Part shown: positions 10,405-19,702 of the stretch, one piece after another
Position numbering within the stretch: position 1 is the first letter of the stretch
How the letters are laid out: every line of letters starts with the position of its first letter
Source: Myxococcota bacterium
GTDB taxonomy: Bacteria; Myxococcota_A; UBA796; SXON01
Length of the DNA stretch: 64,000 bases
Assembly: GCA_040386535.1 (NCBI GenBank)
Contig: JAZKFH010000053.1
Location: 1-64,000 of the forward strand
Direction of reading: 5' to 3'
The notes under the pieces: generated by a model
Database searches by the model: none
The model's input: only the letters and a program-made list of their open reading frames with translations
What the model was told of the DNA's origin: nothing
Translations under genes and position numbers: made by a program

Positions 10405-13161
10405 CTACCCCTCAGTACGTGGCCGGCGTGCGACGTAGGGGTGCTGCCGCCAGAGCCCTTCGAGCGTCCAGTTGAGGCCCGGTGCATGATCCGGAACGAG
10501 CGCGAAGCGCCAGGGCCGTCCGTCCGGTCCGTGCTTGGTAGCGGCGGCACACCACACGGCGGCGGCGTCCGCCTTGGCGAGCACCTCGGGGTTGGTCATC
10601 TCCGATTCGGCCTTGATCTCCACCACGTACGTGGCGTCCGCCGTGGCCGCGACGAAGTCGGGGTTGTACCGGGCTCCGGACTTGAGCTCGACGGGGAACA
10701 CCCCTGGGCCGGGCTTGATCCAGCGCAGCACGGAGGAATCGCGCTCCAGCACCACCGCGAGCCGCCGCTCGCCCTCGCTGTCGAACTTCGCGTAGGGCGC
10801 GAGGTTCTTCCGGAAGCCTTGGAAGACGGCGCGCCGGATGGCGGAGCGGGGCTCGACGGGTTCGCGGTAGTCCCGCACGGTGTCCCCCTCGGGGAGCGCG
10901 GCGTGGACGTGGCCCAGGCCGATCGAGCCCAGGGCAACGCGCGTCTCGTAGGAGGTGGCGACCTCGCGCCCGTGCGCGAGCATCTGCATGCGGAGGAGCT
11001 TCCCGAGCTGCAGCTGGTGACCCAGGACCACGTTCTTCACGTCGTCTTCGCTGGACAGGTACCGGCGGAAGTGGAGGATGGCTTGGCCCGCGAGGTCGTA
11101 CAAGAGGTCCGCGTGGTCGTCGTAGGGGATCTCGTCGGAGTCGGTGACGGCGCGGACGATGTAGTCCTCGATGCGCTGCTCGGGCGCGAGGTCCTCGCCC
11201 GGATCGACCACGTACCGCTCCCCCGTCCGAATCTGCTCGACGACCAGCCGCTGGTCGATGGGGAGCCAGTCCATGCCCGTCACGTCGAGCGGGAACGGGT
11301 CGATGACGAAGCTCGCGTCGTCGGACGGGATGGTCGTGATGCGCGGCACGTCGATCGTGAAGTCGCGGGCGACCTCGATCACCTGGTCGGCGAGGGCCTC
11401 GATCGCCGCGGTGTCGGCGGCGACCAGCGCCTGCCCCTCCTCTCGCAGGAGCGTCGCCACCTTCGCGACGACCGCCGCCCGGCCGGCCTCGCTCGTGTAG
11501 GTGCTCGACCCCAACGCCGACCCAGGACGCCCGCCGCCCTGGAGGACGGCGATGACCTTCGCGGCCACGGAGCGCCCCTGCTCGGCCGTCATCGACGCGG
11601 GGACGGCCAATACCCGCGGCGCCTCCGGCGGGAGGAGGTCCAGCGGCACCTGCCGGGCGCCTGTCCCCATGACCGCCCCCACGAGGCCGAGGATGTGCTC
11701 GACGGTGGAGGGCGCCTCGACCGGCTGCGTCGGGGTGGGGGCGCCGTCCGGGGGCAGCACGCGCGTTCCGATGAAGATGCTGCCGGGCTTCCTCGAGTCC
11801 TCGATGATGCGGGCGTAGTGGTCGTGCGCCACGATCGTCAGGTTGTCGGCGCGCGGATCGCCGGTGCGCTTTCCATACGGCAGCCGCAGGCCACGACCGA
11901 TCGACTGCTCGACGAGCTGGTGAGAGTACGCCGCGTTGAGCGGGATGATCGTGTACAGGTTGGTGACGTCCCAGCCCTCCTTGAGCATGTGGACGTGGAT
12001 GACCACCTCGGTCGCTTCGGCCGGGTCCTCCACCCGCACGAGGCGCTCCACGTTCTCCTCCTTCTCCTCCCCCTTGAGGGTGGAGGTGATGACGATCACC
12101 TTGCCCTTGTAGTACCCGTCGAAGAACTCCACGGACTCCATCCGCTCCTTGAGTTGGGTGGCGTGCGTGGTGTCACGCGCCACAACGAGCACGAACGGCT
12201 TGACGACGTGCTGGCCGGTCTCGCGGGCATACAGGAGCAGGTTGGTGCGGGCCTCGGCGTGCAGGCGCATGCCGTCCGCCAGCTTCATGTCGTCTTTCTG
12301 TTCGGGGGTGAGCTGGTCGAAGTCGAGGTTGGGCCGCTGGGTGCACGCGGGTTCCTTGACGTAGCCGGCCGCCATCGCCTCGCGGAGCGGGAAGCTGTAC
12401 ACGACGTTCTTGAAGGGCGCCTTGGTGTCACCCTTCTGGACGAACGGGGTGGCGGTGAGCTCCAGCCCGAGCATGGGCCGCAGCTCGTTGAGCGTCGCGA
12501 ACCCCGCCTCAGCGCGGTAGCGGTGGGACTCGTCCATGAGCAGGACGAGGTCGGGCAACCCCTGCAGGTAGTCGAAGTAGCTCTCGCCGATGTACTCCTT
12601 GAGGCGGCGGATGCGCAGATCCCGGCCGCCCTCGACCTTCTGGTTGATCCGCTGGATGTTGAAGACGTTAATGTGGCACTCGTCGTCCACCCCGCCGACC
12701 AGCCGCTGCTGGCGCCGCGTGCCGCGGCCGTCCTGGTAGTCGTCCGCGGTGACGAGCACCGGCGGGCTGGTGACGAACTCGGAGATGCCCTTGAACACGT
12801 ACTTGCGGGTGCCGGGCGTGAAGTCCTCGACCAGCTTCTTGTAGATCGTGCTGTTGGGCGCGAGCACGAAGAAGTTGGCGCTCCGGCCGGAGAGGTACAA
12901 CCACGCCACGAACGCGCCCATGAGCCGCGTCTTGCCGACGCCGGTGGCGATGTCGAAGGTGAGCGAGGGGAAGGCTCGCTCGAAGTCCTCGAAGGTGGCG
13001 CCGCACTCGTGGCTCACGACGGCGCGTGCCGCGTCGATGTCGAGGGCGCGGCCGAGGTTCATCGTGTCGGCGAGGCGGGCGAGGAGGGTGAGCGACGCTT
13101 CGAGCGGGGCGCGCAAGCTCATCCGGGCGGCCAGCCGGTGGGGGTCGATGCGCTTGCTCAC
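10405..13161 (-). CDS. res: Type III restriction enzyme Res subunit (SF2 helicase + PD-(D/E)xK nuclease)
   Basis: ATGVGKT, DESH, LTATP, LKEGWD, EQSIGRGLRLPYG, YNPDF...VEIK; GTG at 13161 overlaps the mod stop. Confidence 0.9.
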   Translation of the reverse strand: MSKRIDPHRLAARMSLRAPLEASLTLLARLADTMNLGRALDIDAARAVVSHECGATFEDFERAFPSLTFDIATGVGKTRLMGAFVAWLYLSGRSANFFVLAPNSTIYKKLVEDFTPGTRKYVFKGISEFVTSPPVLVTADDYQDGRGTRRQQRLVGGVDDECHINVFNIQRINQKVEGGRDLRIRRLKEYIGESYFDYLQGLPDLVLLMDESHRYRAEAGFATLNELRPMLGLELTATPFVQKGDTKAPFKNVVYSFPLREAMAAGYVKEPACTQRPNLDFDQLTPEQKDDMKLADGMRLHAEARTNLLLYARETGQHVVKPFVLVVARDTTHATQLKERMESVEFFDGYYKGKVIVITSTLKGEEKEENVERLVRVEDPAEATEVVIHVHMLKEGWDVTNLYTIIPLNAAYSHQLVEQSIGRGLRLPYGKRTGDPRADNLTIVAHDHYARIIEDSRKPGSIFIGTRVLPPDGAPTPTQPVEAPSTVEHILGLVGAVMGTGARQVPLDLLPPEAPRVLAVPASMTAEQGRSVAAKVIAVLQGGGRPGSALGSSTYTSEAGRAAVVAKVATLLREEGQALVAADTAAIEALADQVIEVARDFTIDVPRITTIPSDDASFVIDPFPLDVTGMDWLPIDQRLVVEQIRTGERYVVDPGEDLAPEQRIEDYIVRAVTDSDEIPYDDHADLLYDLAGQAILHFRRYLSSEDDVKNVVLGHQLQLGKLLRMQMLAHGREVATSYETRVALGSIGLGHVHAALPEGDTVRDYREPVEPRSAIRRAVFQGFRKNLAPYAKFDSEGERRLAVVLERDSSVLRWIKPGPGVFPVELKSGARYNPDFVAATADATYVVEIKAESEMTNPEVLAKADAAAVWCAAATKHGPDGRPWRFALVPDHAPGLNWTLEGLWRQHPYVARRPRTEG

Positions 13162-14888
13162 TTGCCCTCCGGGGTGACGAAGAGCGGCAGGGACTGGGCG
13201 GGCACGGGCGCCTTGGGTCGCCCTCGCCTCTTCGGTTGTGGCGTTGGTTGGGGGGCGCCGCCAGCGGGCGCGGCCTCGGGCGGCTGTGTCGTGTCCTCCA
13301 GATCCTGCCCGGTGACCGCCTGCACGTTGAGGCTGTAGTCGTCCTTGCCCCACTCGCAGCGGGTGAGCAGGGCGGCGGGGATCTTCTTGAGTGTCAGGTT
13401 GGCGAACGCGTCGGCCTTGCAACGGAAGGCGCCGCAGCAGATGAGGAGCGAGCGCCCATCGCCCACCTCGTCGCTGATGGCACGGAGCTGCTCGGGCCCG
13501 AGGTTCTGCGTGGTGACGTAGATGTGATCCCGCTCGTTGTGGCCGTGGTCCCAGAACAGCTCGGCGCTGGGGGCGTAGGTGAAACCTTCCAGCTTGCACA
13601 TCGCCTCGGCCAGCATCTCCTTGTTGTACTCCTTGTTGACCACCCAGTTGCCCCACTTGTCACGTTCGAGGAGGGAGGGGGCGAGGCGGTAGAAGCGGAA
13701 GCCGCCGCCGCCTCTCCAGTTGACCGCCTGAGTGATTCCCCATGGGTCAGCACCGTCCACCACCTTGATCAATCGCGGAACCAAGTGAGTCGTGCAGTGC
13801 CTATTAAGCTCGATCATTAGAAACCGCCGGCCCATCTTCAATGCGACGGCACCGGTGGTACCTGATCCGGCAAACGAATCCAGGACAGTATCCCCTGGGT
13901 TTGTGGCAATTTGCAGTATCCGCTGCAGCAGTCGTTCTGGCTTGGGCGTTGCAAATGGCTCCACCTCTGGAAGCAGCTTGCGAAGATGGTCGCGCCGAGC
14001 CTCCTGATTCGACCCAACCTCCTCTGCTGGCCACCAAGTTTTCGGTACGACGCCCTCCCGAATCTCTGAGACGTACTTCTTGATAACCGGCATGCTATCG
14101 CCTTTTTTCCCGAAGTAGACTCTATCCTCGGCTCGAGCTGCCTCGAAAGTGCGTTTACTAAAGCGCCAATAGTTCCCAGAGGGCGGAAGGACGACGCGGC
14201 CAGAGGGCAATTCGATAGGGTAACGTAGGCTCTCTCCGCCGCTCTTGGCTGTACCGTCAGCTCCTTGCCGCCAAGGACCCCTGGGATCATTGTCCGGGTT
14301 CTGATACCTGGCCAGCTGTTCGTCCGACCGCTCTAGCGTATTTCTCTTGTGCCGCCAAATGTTTCGGTCCTTCGCGTATACCAAGACGTAGTCATGGGAG
14401 GACGAGACATCCGTGTCATTCTTTCGTCCACTATCTTTTTCCCAAACCATACTCGCCACGTAGTGTGCGCGTCCAAAGATGCCATCACACATCACCTTCA
14501 GGTAATGGCACTCGTTGTCGTCAATGGTAATCCACAGCGAACCGTCGGGTGTCAGCAGTCGATGAATGATCTCGATGCGAGCTTGCATGAGGCTCAGCCA
14601 AACCGAGTGTTCAACCCCATCATCATAGTGCTCAAATGCACTCCCGGTGTTGTAAGGAGGATCGATGAACACACACTTCACCTTCCCCGTAAACTCCTGC
14701 TCCAACGCCCTCAACGCCAGCAAGTTGTCCCCATGGATCAACCGGTTGTCGAAGATGTCCGCGTCCGTCACCCTCTCCTTCGCCGCGTACGACAGCGCCG
14801 GATCCTCCAGCAGGATCCGCGGCTCCAGGCGGGGCCGGTCGTCCTTGCCGATCCAGGTCAGCTCCAGCTTCTGCTTCTTGTCGGCCAT
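13158..14888 (-). CDS. mod: Type III Mod site-specific DNA methyltransferase (beta-class amino-MTase)
   Basis: KLELTWIGK, LIHGDNL, IDPPYNTG (motif IV), TPKPERLL, DSFAGSGTTG (motif I). Confidence 0.95.
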   Translation of the reverse strand: MADKKQKLELTWIGKDDRPRLEPRILLEDPALSYAAKERVTDADIFDNRLIHGDNLLALRALEQEFTGKVKCVFIDPPYNTGSAFEHYDDGVEHSVWLSLMQARIEIIHRLLTPDGSLWITIDDNECHYLKVMCDGIFGRAHYVASMVWEKDSGRKNDTDVSSSHDYVLVYAKDRNIWRHKRNTLERSDEQLARYQNPDNDPRGPWRQGADGTAKSGGESLRYPIELPSGRVVLPPSGNYWRFSKRTFEAARAEDRVYFGKKGDSMPVIKKYVSEIREGVVPKTWWPAEEVGSNQEARRDHLRKLLPEVEPFATPKPERLLQRILQIATNPGDTVLDSFAGSGTTGAVALKMGRRFLMIELNRHCTTHLVPRLIKVVDGADPWGITQAVNWRGGGGFRFYRLAPSLLERDKWGNWVVNKEYNKEMLAEAMCKLEGFTYAPSAELFWDHGHNERDHIYVTTQNLGPEQLRAISDEVGDGRSLLICCGAFRCKADAFANLTLKKIPAALLTRCEWGKDDYSLNVQAVTGQDLEDTTQPPEAAPAGGAPQPTPQPKRRGRPKAPVPAQSLPLFVTPEGK

Positions 14889-14909
14889 GGGGGTCGTCCT
14901 CGGGGGGCG

Positions 14910-17777
14910 TCAGTGTAGGGCCCAGCGCACCGTGAACAGTGGCCGGAGCGTGTGGGTGGTGGCGAGCTGCCGCTCGATCTCGGCGATCAAGGCGGCTCGT
15001 TGTTCGTCGATGCGATCTTGCGCTTCGAACAGGTCGCGGCGCTTCCGGTTGCGCTTCTGCTCCAGCGTGCGGATGCTCCGCTGCGCGTCGAGCTTGTCCG
15101 CGAGCGAGATGGCGACGACCGCCCGGCGGCGCGCGTCGCGGATCTCGCTGTCGATGTCCTTGAGCTCGCGCTCCAGCCCCAGCTTCAGGTCGTCCGACCA
15201 GCCGTCGAGCTTGGCGACCTCGGCGTCGAAGTGCCGTCCGTTGCGCACCTCCACCTGCCGCAGCCCGCGTGCCGACTCCGCGGCGAGCGGGCCCGCGAGG
15301 TCCGGCACGTCCGTTGCGGGCTCACCCACCGCCGCGCGGAGGCCGAACAGCCGCGCGCACACCTCGGCGTCCAGCGCCGCGCCGTGGTCCGTGGTGCCGG
15401 CGAGCAGCAGGATCTCCTCGGTGTCCAACGACTCGACGGTGAGGAGCCCGAGGGTCATCCACCCGGAGCGGCCCACGAGCGGCGCCAGGACGGCGATCTG
15501 GCCGCCGTGCGCAGAGTAGTCGAACGCTACGTGCTGGGTCGGGAGCACGCGGGTGCGCGCCTCCTCCACCAGCGCGGCGGCGAGCGGATGGTCCACCCGG
15601 TAGAAGGTGTCCCCGCGCGCCTCGGCCTCCCGCCAGTCCAGGTTGTACCAGCCCGTGCGGGCGCCGGCCCGATCGCCCAGGTACCAGAAGCGTGGGAGGC
15701 CGAGGTCGAACCGGGCGTCGGCCCCCAGCTCGGCGCGGGTGAGGCCCAGGAGCCAGCGCTCCCGCTGGCCGAGAGAGGCCACGGCCTCGTCGCGATGCAC
15801 ACGCAGCCTCGCGTGGACATCCTCGTCGAAGTGGTCGAGGACGGCCTGCCGCGTCGACGAGAGCTGCGCGCGGATCTGCTCGTCGAGCTCGGCCTGCAGG
15901 CGGTCGAAGGCGGCCGTGATCTCGGCGGGGGTCCGGCATGTCTGGTACACCTCGACGATGCGGCGCTCGATGTCGGTGCCCGACTCCAGCGCGCCGAGTA
16001 CCTCGTCGCTCGCCCCGAACACCCCCTCGAACAGGTGGAATTTCTCCGAGAGGAGCTCGAACACGCGCTGGTCCGCGGCGTTGCGCTGGTTGAGGAAGTT
16101 CACCACGACCACGTCGTGCTTCTGCCCGTAGCGGTGGCACCGGCCGATGCGCTGCTCCACCCGCTGCGGGTTCCACGGCAGGTCGTAGTTGACCACCAGC
16201 GAGCAGAACTGCAGGTTCACGCCCTCCGCGGCGGCCTCGGTCGCGAGCAGGATGGTCGCGTCGTCCCGGAACGCCTCCACGATCGCCGCCTTGGTATCCA
16301 CGGCGCGCGAGCCGGACGCCGCCCCGCCCTCCGCGTGGCGCCCCAGCCAGGATTCGTAGAGCGCCCGGGACTCCGGATCTGCGTTCGACCCGTTGAGCAT
16401 CACCACACGCCCGGCGTAGCCGTTCGTCGTGAGCAGGCCGTGCAGGTACGCCTGGGTCCGGCGGGACTCGGTGAAGACCACGGCCTTGCGCGCCGCCCCC
16501 ACGCCCTCGGCGCGGTCCAGCGCGACCGCGAGCGCGCGCACCAGCGCCTCGCCCTTGGCGTTCTCGGCGATCCCTTCCGCGAGGCGGAGGTACTCGCCCA
16601 GGGCGCCGATCTCGTCGGCGAGCGCCTCCACGTCGATCCGGCCCCCCGCCGCTTCGCCGCCGCCGCCCTCGTCGCCGTCCTCGCCGCGCTGGTCGGTGGG
16701 GTCCTCCCACTCCTCCGCCTCCGCTTCGAGCCCCTCGAAGTCCCGCCCGAGCGCCTCGGCGAGCGCCTCGGCCTGGATGCCCCGCAGCCGGTCGAGCAGG
16801 ACCCGCAACGTGCCCGCGATGGCGAACGAGGACGACGCGAGCAGCTTCCGCAGCACCATCGTCATCAGCGTGCGCTGGCCCTTGGGGAGCGCGAACAGGT
16901 GCTCCCGGCGCAGGTACTCGGAGACCTGCTCGTACAGCGCGTGCTCGGCGTCACTCGGGGCGAACTCCTGGGTGAGCGGGATGCGCTGCGTGAAGCGGAC
17001 GTACTCCAGCACCTGCCGGCGGAGCGTGCGCTGGCACACGGTCGCGAGGCGCGCCTGGAGCGCGCGGTTCCGCGCGCCCTCGTCCGGGGCGCGGACGAAC
17101 TGCTCGCGGAACGAGATCGGGTCCCCGAAGACGTGGGGATCGATGATGCTCACGAGCCCGTACAGCTCCATCAGCGAGTTCTGGAGGGGCGTCGCCGTCA
17201 GGAGGAGCTTCGGACGCTCCCCGACGCCGCGCATCAGCGCCTTCGCCATCTTGTTGCCGGGCTTGTACACGTTGCGCAGCCGGTGCGCCTCGTCGATCAC
17301 CACGAGGTCCCACGCCACCGCGGCGAGCTCGTCCGCTCGGTTGGCGGCGAAGGCGTAGGAGCAGAGGACGAGGCGATCGGATTGGTCGAAGGGGTTCCGC
17401 GCCCCCTCGGCGAGGGCACGCCCCCACGCGCCGGCCTCCATCACGATCGACGGGAGGAAGAACTTGTCGGCCAGCTCCTGCTGCCACTGCTTGCGGAGGG
17501 AGGCGGGGACGACCACGAGGATCCGGCGGCGGCGCTCCGCCCAGCGCTGGGAGATGACCAGGGCGGCCTCGATGGTCTTGCCGAGCCCCACCTCGTCCGC
17601 CAGGATGACCCCGCGCGACAAAGGCGACCGGACGGCGAACAGCGCGGCGTCGACCTGGTGCGGGTTCAGATCGACCCGCGCGTTCGAGATGGCGCGGGAC
17701 AGGTTGTCTACCGTGTCGGTCGCGCCCTTCAAGGTGAGCGCGTAGGCCCAGTACTGGCTGTGGTAGGGGGTGCTCAC
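14910..17777 (-). CDS. SNF2-family helicase co-transcribed with the type III RM genes
   Basis: LNPHQ, DEVGLGKT, DEAH, LTATP, EGVNLQ, WNPQRVEQRIGRCHRYGQ, C-terminal coiled coil; start could be 17777, 17807 or 17822. Confidence 0.9.
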   Translation of the reverse strand: MSTPYHSQYWAYALTLKGATDTVDNLSRAISNARVDLNPHQVDAALFAVRSPLSRGVILADEVGLGKTIEAALVISQRWAERRRRILVVVPASLRKQWQQELADKFFLPSIVMEAGAWGRALAEGARNPFDQSDRLVLCSYAFAANRADELAAVAWDLVVIDEAHRLRNVYKPGNKMAKALMRGVGERPKLLLTATPLQNSLMELYGLVSIIDPHVFGDPISFREQFVRAPDEGARNRALQARLATVCQRTLRRQVLEYVRFTQRIPLTQEFAPSDAEHALYEQVSEYLRREHLFALPKGQRTLMTMVLRKLLASSSFAIAGTLRVLLDRLRGIQAEALAEALGRDFEGLEAEAEEWEDPTDQRGEDGDEGGGGEAAGGRIDVEALADEIGALGEYLRLAEGIAENAKGEALVRALAVALDRAEGVGAARKAVVFTESRRTQAYLHGLLTTNGYAGRVVMLNGSNADPESRALYESWLGRHAEGGAASGSRAVDTKAAIVEAFRDDATILLATEAAAEGVNLQFCSLVVNYDLPWNPQRVEQRIGRCHRYGQKHDVVVVNFLNQRNAADQRVFELLSEKFHLFEGVFGASDEVLGALESGTDIERRIVEVYQTCRTPAEITAAFDRLQAELDEQIRAQLSSTRQAVLDHFDEDVHARLRVHRDEAVASLGQRERWLLGLTRAELGADARFDLGLPRFWYLGDRAGARTGWYNLDWREAEARGDTFYRVDHPLAAALVEEARTRVLPTQHVAFDYSAHGGQIAVLAPLVGRSGWMTLGLLTVESLDTEEILLLAGTTDHGAALDAEVCARLFGLRAAVGEPATDVPDLAGPLAAESARGLRQVEVRNGRHFDAEVAKLDGWSDDLKLGLERELKDIDSEIRDARRRAVVAISLADKLDAQRSIRTLEQKRNRKRRDLFEAQDRIDEQRAALIAEIERQLATTHTLRPLFTVRWALH

Positions 17778-17881
17778 GGGGCGGGGCGACTCGGGGGCGC
17801 GGAGCATAGCGCGAGTCGGCACGCCGCCGCCTCCGCGAGAACCCTGGACGTGGGCGCTCTCCGAGCTAGACGGGCCAGACG

Positions 17882-18277
17882 ATGCCCCTCTCCTCCGACG
17901 ACACCGCCTGCCTCGTCGCCGCGCTCCTCGCGGTCAACTTCTTCCCGGTCGATCGGGCCTACGCCCTGATGCCGGCCTTCCGCGAGCGCGGCCTGCTCGA
18001 CCCCGCGGTTGTCGGGGCGTTGCCGCAGGAGGCGCTGATGTCGGCCATGAACGAGGCCGGGTACCGCCGGGGCGGCTTCCTGCCCATCCTCTCCTTTCGC
18101 CTGTACGCCCTGATGGAAGCCGTCGCGTCGGGGCGGTTGGACGCGCTTCGCGCGCTCGCCCGCGAGGGAAAACGCGAGGCGTTCGCGGCGCTCCTCGTAT
18201 CCGTGAACGGCTTCGGGCCGAGCACCGCGGAGACCGCCTGGCAGCTGTACCGGACCGAGCTCGGCGGCACGGGGTGA
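17882..18277 (+). CDS. Small protein with a C-terminal helix-hairpin-helix motif
   Basis: LVSVNGFGPSTA fits the HhH consensus; 131 aa with coding-like composition. Confidence 0.6.
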   Translation: MPLSSDDTACLVAALLAVNFFPVDRAYALMPAFRERGLLDPAVVGALPQEALMSAMNEAGYRRGGFLPILSFRLYALMEAVASGRLDALRALAREGKREAFAALLVSVNGFGPSTAETAWQLYRTELGGTG

Positions 18278-18425
18278 GCATGAGGCGGCGGAGCGTGGCG
18301 TGAAGCGGTCCCGGCCCCTCGCCGAGAACCACCAGGCCTACGCGGCCGGCGCCGCGGACGCGCCAGTGCAGGCGGGGGTGCCCAGCGCGGCTGACAACGC
18401 CGGCGCGGCCGTGGGTGCCGGGTAA

Positions 18426-18584
18426 GGTCGCGGCCCGCCGCGAGGGGGCACCCGGTGACCGGGCAGGGGGTGGCGGACCGCCGGCAGGGGGTACCCGGTG
18501 ACCGGGCAGGGGGTGGCGGGCCGCCGCGAGGGGGTACCCGGTGACCGGGGAAGGGGTCGCGGACCGCCGCGAGGGGGTACCCGG
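18426..18584. repeat. ~43-bp GC-rich tandem repeat (~3.7 copies) with internal palindromes
   Basis: CCCGGTGACCGGG at 18451, 18494 and 18537, partial at 18580; ends exactly at the duplicated block. Confidence 0.85.
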
Positions 18585-19267
18585 CGCGCTCTGATCCGCC
18601 GCCCCGCCCCGCCCGCCCCGCTCCGCAGCGGCCGCGCGTCCGCGCGCGGTCCGTCTGCCCGGATCCCTCCGGCCTATCCCCGCTCGGCCTTGCGCTCGCG
18701 CCCGACGAGATCCTTGAGCACGTCCCGCACCGGCTTGTCCTCGTAGAGCATCCGGTACACCTGCTCGGTGATGGGCATGTCGACGCCCACCTGCTGAGCG
18801 AGCGCCCACGCGCTCCGTGCGGTCACGACGCCCTCGGCGACCTGCCCGAGCTCCTCGAGGATCGACGCGAGCGAGCGGCCCTGGCCGAGGCCGAGGCCCA
18901 CGCGGCGGTTGCGCGACAGATCGCCGGTGCAGGTGAGCACGAGATCGCCGAGCCCGGCGAGGCCCATGAGGGTGAGCGGGTTGGCGCCGCGGGCCACGGC
19001 GAGGCGGGTGATCTCGGAGAGGCCGCGGGTGATGAGCGCGGCGCGTGCGTTGGTGCCGAGGCCGGCGCCGTCGCTCACGCCGCAGGCGATGGCGAGGACG
19101 TTCTTCAGGGCGGCGCCGTACTCCACACCCACGACGTCGTCGGAGTGGTAGACGCGGAAGTACCCGCCGTGGAACGCGTTTGCGACGCGATGGCAGGCGT
19201 CCTCGGAATCGCCCGCGACCACGACCGCGGTGGGGAGGCCGAGCGCGACCTCCTTGGCGAAGCTGGG
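18585..19267. repeat. Right copy of ~680-bp direct repeat
   Basis: Matches 8337-9014 (offset 10253 in the coding part). Confidence 0.95.
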
Positions 19268-19702
19268 GCCCGAGAGCGCGCACAAGCTCGGGTGCAGGCG
19301 CGCGGGGAGCGTGGCGTGGAGCACCTCGTCCATGGTCTGGAGGCTGTCGACCTCGATGCCCTTGGACGCGCAGCAGATGGGCACGCCGTCACGGAGCTTG
19401 TCGGCGAGGGCGCCCATCACGGGCCGCATGACCTGGCTGGGGACGACGGCCACGACCAACTCGGCTCCTTCGAGCACCCGATCGACGTCATGGGAGACGT
19501 GGAGCCGGTCGGGGAACAGGAGGCCCGGCAGATAGCGGTCGTTGACCCGGTCGATCTCCATGCGCGCGCACCGCTCGGCGTCGCGGTCCCACATCCAGGT
19601 GTCGTGGCCGTTGCGGGCGAGCTGGATGCCGAGGGCCGTGCCCCACGAGCCGGCGCCGATCACGGCGCAACGCAGGCGAGGCGCCAAGGTCGAGTCAGTC
19701 AT
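18674..19702 (-). CDS. gpsA: NAD(P)H-dependent glycerol-3-phosphate dehydrogenase
   Basis: [40 protein letters not shown]...SRN, AEGV. Confidence 0.97.
   Translation of the reverse strand: MTDSTLAPRLRCAVIGAGSWGTALGIQLARNGHDTWMWDRDAERCARMEIDRVNDRYLPGLLFPDRLHVSHDVDRVLEGAELVVAVVPSQVMRPVMGALADKLRDGVPICCASKGIEVDSLQTMDEVLHATLPARLHPSLCALSGPSFAKEVALGLPTAVVVAGDSEDACHRVANAFHGGYFRVYHSDDVVGVEYGAALKNVLAIACGVSDGAGLGTNARAALITRGLSEITRLAVARGANPLTLMGLAGLGDLVLTCTGDLSRNRRVGLGLGQGRSLASILEELGQVAEGVVTARSAWALAQQVGVDMPITEQVYRMLYEDKPVRDVLKDLVGRERKAERG

Larger units (their letters stand above)
9015..18584. mobile_element. Putative ~9.6-kb genomic (defence) island between the gpsA direct repeats; no integrase or transposase seen
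   Basis: Long flanking direct repeats, RM cargo, lower-GC patches at ~9020-9960 and ~13730-14720. Confidence 0.65.

Noticed and set aside
10405..17822. DISARM or BREX system
   Set aside because: No DrmA/DrmB(DUF1998)/DrmC and no PglZ/BrxC; the methylase and helicase-nuclease have type III Mod/Res signatures
9015..18584. Prophage, ICE or transposon
   Set aside because: No integrase, transposase, relaxase or structural genes are recognisable between the repeats
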